A stretch of 64,000 bases of DNA from Zhongshania sp. GTDB lineage: Bacteria; Pseudomonadota; Gammaproteobacteria; Pseudomonadales; Spongiibacteraceae. This document shows positions 17,523 through 26,257 of this stretch, one piece after another (the stretch's first letter is position 1; the number at the start of each line of letters is the position of its first letter). The notes beneath the pieces were generated by a model. It was given only the letters and a program-made list of their open reading frames with translations, did not search any database and was not told the DNA's origin. Location: positions 26,262 to 90,261 of the forward strand of contig NZ_JBFJWS010000002.1 of NCBI RefSeq assembly GCF_041623545.1. Reading direction: 5' to 3'. Made by a program: the position numbers and the translations under genes.

Positions 17523-17557
17523 TTCTAAGAAAAACCGTTACCAAATTTTTCTTAGAA
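17523..17557. promoter_or_regulatory. Perfect 12-bp inverted repeat upstream of madL
   Basis: TTCTAAGAAAAA (17523-17534), an 11-nt spacer, then TTTTTCTTAGAA (17546-17557). Lies 77-111 nt upstream of the madL start. Could be an operator, or a terminator for the upstream gene. Confidence 0.4.
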
Positions 17558-17815
17558 GGGGGTAGCGCTAAAATTAGATGCGAACAAGTTATCCTTTCTT
17601 TACGACCGCTGGTCTTGCGTAATTTATTCGCACTGCACTACAGGGTAATAATACGATCACTTTCATTTAAATGTCGGTAAAAACCTGCCATCAATACCGT
17701 AATTTAAATTACAAGCGACCGTATCAGAGCTTCCGCTAAAGCTAATCTCTGTATCAATAAAGCATTTTTAAAGCGAATATCAATTTATCTAGCTTCAGCA
17801 TAAAACCATTCGCCA

Positions 17816-18970
17816 TTAAACAAAGGTCACAGACGGCCAGTTACCAATAACAATACTCTCAACATCCGCAAAACCGTGGTTGTCACCCTCACGAATACGC
17901 AGTGGCCGATCGCGAATTTCCCAGCGGCGATTCCCTGCTAACTTTTCTGGGTCATTCACGTCATCAACACACTCACCGTCGAGAAATTCTTCGCCCATAT
18001 AAGCGCCGTGAATCTGGCCCTTCCAAGGACCGTACATTGCAGGGTTTAAGCGGAAGCCCATATCACTGTCGATTGCTTCAATTTCAAACACACGCTCGGT
18101 TGTGCTGCGACCTTCGCCACGCAATAGACAATATATCTTACCGCCCATGACCGCGTGATCACTTTCACGGTAAGTGATCTCCGGATACAACTGCAGGATT
18201 TGCGTTTGCTTACCATTTTCCTCATTGATAAAACCAGTAAACCACTCTAGCCCACGGGGCTCTTTGAATTCGCGGAAATAATAAGCAAGTTCATACTTGC
18301 TGCCATCTGGGCGAGTCAGTTGCGACACAAACCAGTTGAATTGGTAATCATTGTCAATTTTGCCAGATTTACTCGGCGGCAAATCTGTAGGGTCGGCACC
18401 AACATGCTCCCGCACACCCCAGCTGTGATCGCGGAAACCAAACCACTCATCGGGGTTGACCTCATGACGCACGCCGTCAATTTCAATCCAACCCGACACG
18501 GTTCCACTCTGGTGGTAACGCACTACGTCAGAGGTTTTGCGGCCACTATGAATCGCCAGATCGCGACCTTCAAAAAATGCGGGCATGGTGCTAGTCCACA
18601 CCAAATCGTATTTGATCGGCTGCGCAGAATTTTCAGCAACACTAATCCGAAGCTTTTTATAAGGTTCAATCACTTCGTATTTCAGCGGGCCAACTGCCGT
18701 CTCGTCGATACGGGGGTTAAGTACCCGGCTGGCGCGAATAGTACGCTGCTGCGTGCCGCACTGTACGCCGGCAAAGCCATCAATGACATTACGATTGGTG
18801 TACTTACCCAAACCAAAACTGGCTTGCAGCTGACCATCTTTACGCGCCAACATAAACCACACTTTTTCAGTCCAGCCGTGGTCAACCTCACCAACCGACG
18901 CAAAGGTATTTGCGGTTTGGTGATTAAGGAACTCGTCCGCGCCGATCAAAGGCGAAATTGTTGGAACCAT
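17816..18970 (-). CDS. Conserved hypothetical protein (384 aa) co-transcribed with an APH-family kinase
   Basis: Full-length ORF with ordinary soluble-protein composition. ATG at 18970, 52 nt downstream of the kinase gene stop. No motif I can name. The antisense 222-aa ORF is compositionally implausible. Confidence 0.65.
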   Translation of the reverse strand: MVPTISPLIGADEFLNHQTANTFASVGEVDHGWTEKVWFMLARKDGQLQASFGLGKYTNRNVIDGFAGVQCGTQQRTIRASRVLNPRIDETAVGPLKYEVIEPYKKLRISVAENSAQPIKYDLVWTSTMPAFFEGRDLAIHSGRKTSDVVRYHQSGTVSGWIEIDGVRHEVNPDEWFGFRDHSWGVREHVGADPTDLPPSKSGKIDNDYQFNWFVSQLTRPDGSKYELAYYFREFKEPRGLEWFTGFINEENGKQTQILQLYPEITYRESDHAVMGGKIYCLLRGEGRSTTERVFEIEAIDSDMGFRLNPAMYGPWKGQIHGAYMGEEFLDGECVDDVNDPEKLAGNRRWEIRDRPLRIREGDNHGFADVESIVIGNWPSVTFV

Positions 18971-19022
18971 TTTTATAACCCTTTTTAAGTAATGCGCGTC
19001 TTTACGTTAACGCAACGACTAT

Positions 19023-20009
19023 TCACCCTTGCTGTGTTTTATCAAGCATGGCATTTGCAATTGAAATATTTTCGCTCACCTTGGCGGCGAACAAACCAAA
19101 GCGCTCGTCGTCAGACTCACCGGCGGCAAATTGGTTAGCGGCCGTGACAATCATCGCGCTGAGCCGCGCTATTTGCGCCACCTCATGCCAGGCAACATTA
19201 GCGGCTGACCGCCCAGATGCCTTCTCCCATGCCGATATCACTTGATCTCGCGTCCACATACCCGATAGGCGCGTGGGCCGTGTCGGGCCGTGAAATTCAC
19301 TTTCAAAGAAATACAATAAATAGCCCAGATCAGAAAGTGGCTCGCCGTTATAGGCAAACTCCCAATCCAACACCGCTGAAATGTGGCAATCCAAAAACAT
19401 CATGTTCGTAATTTTACAGTCGCCGTGTACCACTGAGATATCACCGGAGCGCGGCGCCGGCGTCAGCAGCAACCGGTCAAACAATGCCACTAATTCTGCA
19501 GCATTGGCATCAGCGGATATTTTCCGCCAATGATCCATTTCTGCTTCAGGCGAGTGCGGGGCGCCAAGTGAATTGATTGCGGGCACTTTGGCGATACTGC
19601 CTACTGCAGAAATCCAATGCTGACAAAGCGTCCCTCTTTGCTCGGCTGCTAATGAGGTGAACCATTCTGGTAGGTCGTAATCGTCGAGCGCCAGGCCCTC
19701 GACTTTCTCCATAATGAAAAACGGCGCGCCAAGAAGCTCAGAACCTTCCTCGATGACGTGAATTTTAGGCACCTTCGGTCCACCGCTAACCTTACTTAGC
19801 TCATCGTAAATTCGCGCTTGCGTAAGGATACCGTGGGATTCAAACGAGTGCGTGGTAGATGCCAAGCGCAGAATCAAATCCAAGCCCTCAATGACATAAG
19901 TCTCGTTTGAATGACCTGCCGTAAGCGGGCGCAACTCCCGAATCTGATTACCATTGGGCAAGAAGGTCGCTAGGCGCTCGCGGAGCATGTCTGTATCACG
20001 GTAATTCAT
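19023..20009 (-). CDS. Phosphotransferase (APH / ACAD10-11-N-terminal-like kinase family)
   Basis: Nucleotide-binding region LTAGHSNETYVIEG, catalytic loop VVHGDCKITNMMF and metal-binding DWEF. Confidence 0.8.
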   Translation of the reverse strand: MNYRDTDMLRERLATFLPNGNQIRELRPLTAGHSNETYVIEGLDLILRLASTTHSFESHGILTQARIYDELSKVSGGPKVPKIHVIEEGSELLGAPFFIMEKVEGLALDDYDLPEWFTSLAAEQRGTLCQHWISAVGSIAKVPAINSLGAPHSPEAEMDHWRKISADANAAELVALFDRLLLTPAPRSGDISVVHGDCKITNMMFLDCHISAVLDWEFAYNGEPLSDLGYLLYFFESEFHGPTRPTRLSGMWTRDQVISAWEKASGRSAANVAWHEVAQIARLSAMIVTAANQFAAGESDDERFGLFAAKVSENISIANAMLDKTQQG

Positions 20010-20194
20010 ATTAATCCGCTAATTCCTTAGTTATAAGTTCTTCGGGAACTGAGTAGCCGGCAAATGAAATAATCCGCCGACACTCTATATTCACTCCGTT
20101 TTTTAAATTAGTGCTGGGCGCATGGGCAGTCGCAAACCTATGCTTTTAGCAACAAAAACTGTAGCGCTGTTCAAAGTGACGCGCATTCATAACA

Positions 20195-20240
20195 CTATGC
20201 ATTACACACACTCTATTGCATTAATTGACAAAGAGTCAAG
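20195..20240. promoter_or_regulatory. Conserved promoter/operator module (shared with 26201-26249), ending in a TTGAC-N5-GTCAA palindrome
   Basis: CTATGCATTACACACACTCTATTGCATTAATTGACAAAGAGTCAAG. Shares the ordered blocks ATG(C/T)ATT(A/G)CAC, ACTCTAT, GCATTA and TTGACAA with 26201-26249. Lies 186-231 nt upstream of the kinase gene start (20009). Confidence 0.45.
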
Positions 20241-20266
20241 AATGTTCAGCAACGGCGACGGAGGGA

Positions 20267-20692
20267 TCATTCTGCCGGTATATCTCCAGAAGCACCCATT
20301 TTGATAATGGCCTTTTCAATTGAATCCATGCATGTTTGCAGTGCATCAGCTGGATTAATCTCTAAACACCGCGTTTTATCAGTTTCATACACTAGCACAT
20401 GCCCAGACGGAATAAAGTAGGCTTCGCCGGCCTCAATCACCTCGTCAGGCCAATCAGAGCCGGGAAACTTAGCGCGAATACGGCCTTCAAACAAATAACC
20501 ATAATGTGGACACGGGCATACCCCGCCCGGCAAACCGCCAAACACATATTGGTGAGTGCAGTCGAGGGGCTGATCTAGCGTGGTTAAACCCACCTCCATA
20601 TCACCCCACTTCACCGTTTTAAAACCCTCGCGGCCAAGCGCGGGCCAACGGTCGCCAGCGTTTGGAAGATCGTCAAGTTTGCTGCTAGGCAT
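20267..20692 (-). CDS. Cupin-domain protein
   Basis: The ORF opens with TTG at 20743. The ATG at 20692 has a strong SD (ACAGGAGAGGGGCA ATG). Cupin-like core HYGYLFEGRIRAKF...GEAYFIPSGHVLVYE. Confidence 0.6.
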   Translation of the reverse strand: MPSSKLDDLPNAGDRWPALGREGFKTVKWGDMEVGLTTLDQPLDCTHQYVFGGLPGGVCPCPHYGYLFEGRIRAKFPGSDWPDEVIEAGEAYFIPSGHVLVYETDKTRCLEINPADALQTCMDSIEKAIIKMGASGDIPAE

Positions 20693-21004
20693 TGCCCCTC
20701 TCCTGTTCACCGCCTCAATATTTTCTGCTAAGTATGTAAGCAAGTCTTTTACTGGGCTTTGTGCTTTGCCAATCTATTAAGGTTTCGAATTATCGAATAG
20801 CAAGCACAAGGTTTTAGAAAAACAGTAACGCAGGCTAGCGCCAACAATCCCTATAGGGTTTGTGTTAACCCTAGCTTGGTTAATCTGCGAATAATCATAT
20901 TGAATACAAACAGATAAAGCTCACCACTTTTATACTCAATAAAACCCTATTTAGAATTATTAAAAATAAACTCAAAAATTCCCGATCACTTTCTGCATTT
21001 TTTA

Positions 21005-21034
21005 AGTCGGCCAACGAATATTTCTTGGCCGACT
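21005..21034 (-). terminator. Perfect 10-bp hairpin downstream of TBDR-2 (terminator-like, no U-tract)
   Basis: AGTCGGCCAA, a 10-nt loop, then TTGGCCGACT. Lies 32 nt beyond the stop at 21066. Flanked by a T6 run on the plus strand (A-run on the minus strand), so it is not a canonical intrinsic terminator for the minus strand. Confidence 0.3.
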
Positions 21035-21065
21035 AAATTTCAGGCACTAAGCTATTTACTGTGCG

Positions 21066-23453
21066 CTACCAACTGTAGCCCGCCGAAATGCCAAACTGCC
21101 GATTGGCATCACTAGATATAAAATGGGCGATGTCGCGACGATCATTGACGACACTCAAATTGACCATCGACTGCACAGAAAACTGGTCAAGTAAATTTTT
21201 AACGTAGGCCGAAAGCTCTAAGCGATCATCAAGCCCTACCCACCCCAGCCTAAGATCCCAAATGCCGTAGGCTTCTTGAATGGTGAGTGGGTCTTGAGTG
21301 GTATTGAACTGCACATCATCTTGCCAGCGGCCAGAAAGCTGGGCATAACCGCTACTCGTATCGCTTAGCGGCACCGAATAGCGGGTAGAAAGCGACAACG
21401 ACAGTTTAGGAGCATTGGCCAAGGTCTTACCTGAGGCATCTTGCGTATCGCAAGTGCCATTGCCATCGACATCTTCACCGCCAGCCTCACCCGGCTGCTG
21501 TCCGGTAAAACATTGTGGGTTAAAATCATTAAATATGGCCTCGTTGTAGAGTAAGGAGGCAGCAACAAATAATGACTCTGTCGGCTGGGCCTGAAGGTCA
21601 ATTTCTACGCCCTGAGTTTGCAGCTCACCCGCATTTTGCACAGTGAAGCGAATAACCCCACCCGGGTCGGTCGCGCTCGGCGGCACAAATACCTGCGCCT
21701 GAAAGTCTGAAAACACGGTTCTGAACAGTGCAATATTCAATTGCAGGGCATTGTCGAAAAACCGCGACTTGCTACCGACTTCAATATTGAACGCTGTTTC
21801 GGCATTCACGGGATTAGCAAAGCTTTTTTCGAAATCGCTGGGTGGCGTCTGCACATCTATCGCGCCGCCGCGGTAGCCCGTCGACACGGTGCCATACAGG
21901 TTTGAATCCTCCGCGATGTCGAACTGGAGCGACAGAGTGCCAACAAAATCTTCATCCTCGATCGTGGCGGATACCGGTCCAGATATGGTTTCAATCGGCG
22001 GCCCACCGACACCGGTGGCTGTCATATCATCCTTATTATAGGCGTAGGCATCCTGCTGTTCCCAAATATGCCTTACCCCCCCAGTGAGATGCAAAACATC
22101 AGACATATGCCAGGTAGCCTGGGCGAACGTTCCGAAATTTTGGGTATACGCCGCCGTAATTTTATTTGTATAGATATCCACCGACCCCACGAATGGCGGC
22201 AGTCCGAGTAATACCGGTACTAATGGGTCGGCGGGCGAACCGACGAGCGCTAAACTGGCAGCAGGCACATTATCTAAATGACCATAAATATGCTGATCAG
22301 TTTTGTTATCAAACCACAAAGTCCCCACAGTCCAGTCCAGCGCCCCCGGCTCTGATGGCGCCAAACGCAGCTCTTGGGTGAATGTTGTAGTCGTACGGAA
22401 TTCATTGAGGTCAGTGACGTCGACAGTATCACCCTCAAGATCAGGAAGGCTGATTAGATTGCGTAAGCTATAATCACGCCACCCCGTTACCGACGTTAAA
22501 ACCACCTGGCCTAGCGTCCAATCTGCACTCAGCGTGTAGCCGTCGCTGCGGGTATCGGAACGATCATTGCCGAAAGTTTTAGTGGTGCGATTCTCCGGGC
22601 CATAGGGAATTTCAGGACTTTCGGCCGCTTTATCAGGGTTTGCCGAACGAAATGCAATCGGTGTTGTGGCGCCGTGAAGTCTGTTTGTTTCGTAACTTAG
22701 CCTTACGACCAAGTCCTCGGATGGCGTCCACATCAGTTTGCCACGCGCGCCCCAAGAATCATTGTTTGGCCCCGTTCTATTGTCATTTAGGGCATCTATA
22801 TAAAAGCCCTCGGTTCTCTTGACAAAACCTGTTAAACGTCCGCTAAGGGTGTCTGTTAGCGGACCGCTAACCCCGTAATGTGAAGCAACCGAACCACCGG
22901 CATAGGTTTCGTAGGTTTCTACACTCCCGTTAACAAAGGCTTCAAACTCAGGCGCAGGGTCACGACTGATGACATGTATTAGACCAGCTGTAGAGTTTTT
23001 ACCAAATAAGGTGCCCTGCGGTCCACGCAATACTTCTATGCGTTCTAAGTCCGCAAATTCAAAATTTGTCATCTCGGTGCGGGCCAATGGAACATTGTCG
23101 ATCACCACCGACACATTGGACTCCACCGAAATACCCAATACTGCGGTGCCAACACCCCGCACACGGATAACCGAAGTGGACGGATCAGAAGTTGTACTGA
23201 ACTGCACCGACGGTACCATCTTGGCGAGATCCTCGACATTGCCAATGCCGTTGTCCTCTAGAAAAGTTCGCGACATAGCGGTAATCGCCATCGGCACATC
23301 TTGCACGTTTTGTTCGCGTTTATTGGCCGTAACGATCACCTCTTCTAGCTGGCCAGTGCGTACTTTTTCCTGCGCAAAGGCATTACCCTGGATAGCCAAT
23401 CCCACGCATAGCGCCAAGCTGGATAACTTGGCTAATGGTTTATGCTTTTCCAT
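21066..23453 (-). CDS. TonB-dependent receptor (TBDR-2, distal tandem copy)
   Basis: 795 aa. Signal peptide ...AIQGNAFA; TonB box/plug LEEVIVTANKREQNVQDVPMAITAM; RIEVLRGPQGTLFGKNSTAG; C-terminus FGISAGYSW. Confidence 0.92.
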   Translation of the reverse strand: MEKHKPLAKLSSLALCVGLAIQGNAFAQEKVRTGQLEEVIVTANKREQNVQDVPMAITAMSRTFLEDNGIGNVEDLAKMVPSVQFSTTSDPSTSVIRVRGVGTAVLGISVESNVSVVIDNVPLARTEMTNFEFADLERIEVLRGPQGTLFGKNSTAGLIHVISRDPAPEFEAFVNGSVETYETYAGGSVASHYGVSGPLTDTLSGRLTGFVKRTEGFYIDALNDNRTGPNNDSWGARGKLMWTPSEDLVVRLSYETNRLHGATTPIAFRSANPDKAAESPEIPYGPENRTTKTFGNDRSDTRSDGYTLSADWTLGQVVLTSVTGWRDYSLRNLISLPDLEGDTVDVTDLNEFRTTTTFTQELRLAPSEPGALDWTVGTLWFDNKTDQHIYGHLDNVPAASLALVGSPADPLVPVLLGLPPFVGSVDIYTNKITAAYTQNFGTFAQATWHMSDVLHLTGGVRHIWEQQDAYAYNKDDMTATGVGGPPIETISGPVSATIEDEDFVGTLSLQFDIAEDSNLYGTVSTGYRGGAIDVQTPPSDFEKSFANPVNAETAFNIEVGSKSRFFDNALQLNIALFRTVFSDFQAQVFVPPSATDPGGVIRFTVQNAGELQTQGVEIDLQAQPTESLFVAASLLYNEAIFNDFNPQCFTGQQPGEAGGEDVDGNGTCDTQDASGKTLANAPKLSLSLSTRYSVPLSDTSSGYAQLSGRWQDDVQFNTTQDPLTIQEAYGIWDLRLGWVGLDDRLELSAYVKNLLDQFSVQSMVNLSVVNDRRDIAHFISSDANRQFGISAGYSW

Positions 23454-23582
23454 CCAATGATCCCTATTCTTATCCCATTAACTTTTTTACTTTCAACACC
23501 AAATTGCAGCAAGTAATGCATCCGTGCGTTATCACCACTGCCCTCTAGCCTCGGAGCCAAAAGCTGCTCCATGCTCGCAACA

Positions 23583-25970
23583 TCACCAACTGTAGCCGGC
23601 CGAGATGCCAAACTGGCGATCGGCATCATTAGAGATAAAGTGGGCAATATCACGACGATCGTTGACAACACTCAAATTAACCATCGCTTGCGTAGAGAAC
23701 TGGTCGAACAGGTTCTTCACATAGGCCGAAAGCTCTAAGCGATCATCATGCCCTACCCAACCCATACGCAAATCCCAAATCCCGTAAGCTTCTTGAATGG
23801 TCAATGGATCCTGGGTGGTATTCATTTGTACATCATCTTGCCAGCGACCCGAAAGCTGGGCATAGCCCCTACTGGTATCACTTAAGGGCACTTCATAGCG
23901 CGTGGACAATGAGAATGATAGTTTCGGTGCGTTGGCCAAGGGCTTACCTGAGGCATCTTGCGTATCGCAAGTTCCGTTGCCGTCAGTGTCTTCACCGCCT
24001 GCCTCGCCGACATTCTGGCCAGTAAAACATTGTGGGTGAAAATCATTAAATATGGCTTCGTTATAAAGGAACGAGCCCGCAATAAATAGAGATTCTGTCG
24101 GCTGGGCCTGAAGGTCAATTTCTATGCCTTGAGTTTGTAATTCACCCGCATTTTGTACCGTAAAGCGAATGACGCCGCCGATATCTGACGAGCTCGGTGG
24201 TACAAATACTTGCGCTTGAAAATCTGAAAACACTGTCCTGAAAAGCGCTATATTCAGCTGTAGCATATTATCAAAAAAGCGTGATTTGCTCCCCACTTCA
24301 AAGTTGAGCGCGGTCTCTGCCTTCACGGGGTTCGCAAAGGTTTCTTCGTATTCACTAGGTGGCGTTTGCAAATCAATAGCGCCACCACGGTAGCCCGTCG
24401 ACACTGTGCCATAAAGATTTGAATCTTCAGCAACATCGAATTGAACCGATAAAGTACCAACAAAATCTTGATCCTTAATCCCACCCGATATCGGCCCGGA
24501 CACGGTTTCAACAGGAACCGCACTTACGCCAGTAGCGGTCATAATATCTTTATTATAGGCGTAAGCTTCCTGCTCCTCTGATATGTGGCGAACGCCCGCA
24601 GTCAGGTGCCAAAGATCAGTAATATGCCAGGTGCCTTGTGCAAAAATCCCAAGATTTTTTGTGTAAGCCGCAGTCGTTTTATCGGTTTCAATATCAACCG
24701 AGTCGGCCATAACGGGAGAGGTTAATAATACTGGAACAAGGGGATCAGCTGGCGAACCGACGAGTGCTAAGCTACCTGCGGGAACATTATCAACATGGCC
24801 AAAGACATGTTCATCGGTCTTATTATCAAACCACAAAGCACCGATAGTCCAGTCCAGCGCCCCTGGCTCAGATGGCGCGATACGCAGCTCTTGGGTAAAT
24901 GTCGTGGTATCTCGACGAGTAAAGATATCCCTGACATCTAGACTATCGCCCTCTAAGTCTGGAAGGCTAATATTATTGTTGAGCCCATAGTCGCGCCAGC
25001 CGGTGACCGAGGTTAAAACAACCGGCCCCAAGGTCCAATCCGCGCTAAGGGTATAGCCATCACTGCGGTTATTCGAACGGTCTAGGCCAAAGGTTTTGGT
25101 GGTGCGATTCTCCGGCCCATAAGGAATCTCTGGCGTCTCAGCCTCTTTATCAGGATTGGCCGAGCGAAAGGTGATCGGCGTTGTGGCGCCATGAGCTCGA
25201 TTGGTTTCGTAGTTGAGCTTTACAATCAAGTCCTCAGTTGGCGTCCACATTAATTTGGCGCGACCACCCCAAACGTCATTATTTGGGCCTGTTCTATTGT
25301 CATTCAGGACATCGATATAAAATCCTTCAGATCTTTTGACAAAACCAGTTACACGCCCGCTGAGCGTATCGGTCAATGGACCACTCACACCCATGTGGGA
25401 CGTCACCGTACTACCGGGAAAAGTTTCGTAGGTCACTGCATCTATTTTGGTGAAGGCTTCAAATTCTGATGCAGGATCTCGGCTGATCACATGGATTAAG
25501 CCCGCCGTGGAGTTTTTGCCAAACAATGTACCCTGTGGCCCACGTAATACCTCAATGCGCTCCAGATCCGCAAACTCGAAATTAGTCATCTCGGTGCGCG
25601 CTAAGGGAACATTATCGACCACCACAGACACATTAGATTCTACTGCAATCCCCAATACTGCCGTACCAACACCACGTACGCGAATAACGCTGGTCGAAGG
25701 GTCAGATCGCGTTTCAAACTGCACAGACGGCACCATCTTGGCAAGATCTTCGACGCTACCAATGCCATTATCTTCGAGGAATGTCCGTGACATAGCGGTA
25801 ATCGCCATCGGCACATCTTGCACGTTTTGTTCACGTTTATTGGCCGTCACGATCACTTCTTCGAGCTGGCCGGTGCGCACTTTCTCTTGCGCGTACGCGC
25901 TACCCGACGTAGCTAAGCCTACACAGAATGCCAGCGTGGATAATTTGACTAGTGTTTGATTTCTCAGCAT
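23583..25970 (-). CDS. TonB-dependent receptor (TBDR-3, promoter-proximal tandem copy)
   Basis: 795 aa. Same motifs as TBDR-2 and the same C-terminus FGISAGYSW. Confidence 0.92.
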   Translation of the reverse strand: MLRNQTLVKLSTLAFCVGLATSGSAYAQEKVRTGQLEEVIVTANKREQNVQDVPMAITAMSRTFLEDNGIGSVEDLAKMVPSVQFETRSDPSTSVIRVRGVGTAVLGIAVESNVSVVVDNVPLARTEMTNFEFADLERIEVLRGPQGTLFGKNSTAGLIHVISRDPASEFEAFTKIDAVTYETFPGSTVTSHMGVSGPLTDTLSGRVTGFVKRSEGFYIDVLNDNRTGPNNDVWGGRAKLMWTPTEDLIVKLNYETNRAHGATTPITFRSANPDKEAETPEIPYGPENRTTKTFGLDRSNNRSDGYTLSADWTLGPVVLTSVTGWRDYGLNNNISLPDLEGDSLDVRDIFTRRDTTTFTQELRIAPSEPGALDWTIGALWFDNKTDEHVFGHVDNVPAGSLALVGSPADPLVPVLLTSPVMADSVDIETDKTTAAYTKNLGIFAQGTWHITDLWHLTAGVRHISEEQEAYAYNKDIMTATGVSAVPVETVSGPISGGIKDQDFVGTLSVQFDVAEDSNLYGTVSTGYRGGAIDLQTPPSEYEETFANPVKAETALNFEVGSKSRFFDNMLQLNIALFRTVFSDFQAQVFVPPSSSDIGGVIRFTVQNAGELQTQGIEIDLQAQPTESLFIAGSFLYNEAIFNDFHPQCFTGQNVGEAGGEDTDGNGTCDTQDASGKPLANAPKLSFSLSTRYEVPLSDTSRGYAQLSGRWQDDVQMNTTQDPLTIQEAYGIWDLRMGWVGHDDRLELSAYVKNLFDQFSTQAMVNLSVVNDRRDIAHFISNDADRQFGISAGYSW

Positions 25971-26200
25971 ATTCTGACCCTTATCAGTATTTTGACGCGA
26001 GGAAAAAAGTCCTCACGCATAGGGAAATTCGCCACTTAGAGCATACTCATTGGCACGCATGGGCATATCTAATCTTTACTTGTTATATGTCTTTAATTTT
26101 GTCGATTAAATACGCTTCAGACTAGTCATATTTCCCGCCTGGCCCGACCTCGCTAAAACTTAGCAGCTGCCCCAGCTAAACGCCTTTAATCTTTATAAAA

Positions 26201-26249
26201 TTATGTATTGCACCATACTCTATGCATTATTTATTTGACAATAATCTAG
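26201..26249. promoter_or_regulatory. Conserved promoter/operator module (shared with 20195-20240)
   Basis: TTATGTATTGCACCATACTCTATGCATTATTTATTTGACAATAATCTAG. Lies in the divergent region between TBDR-3 (start 25970) and the TetR gene (start 26466). Confidence 0.45.
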
Positions 26250-26257
26250 CATTAAAT

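Larger units (their letters stand above)
21066..25970 (-). repeat. Tandem duplication of a complete TBDR gene (period 2517 bp)
   Basis: ORFs 21066..23453 and 23583..25970 are both exactly 795 aa. They are near-identical over the plug domain and, by eye, roughly 85% identical overall. A 129-nt spacer separates them. Confidence 0.9.

Noticed and set aside
18320-18988. 222-aa plus-strand ORF antisense to the 384-aa gene
   Set aside because: Arg/Thr/Cys-rich, low-complexity translation with no motif and no ribosome-binding site. It lies fully inside a longer minus-strand ORF with normal protein composition and operon context.
22969-23460. 163-aa and 170-aa plus-strand ORFs (22969..23460 and 25447..25959), conserved between the two TBDR copies
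   Set aside because: Their conservation simply mirrors the duplicated, highly conserved plug-domain DNA on the opposite strand. There is no independent coding evidence.
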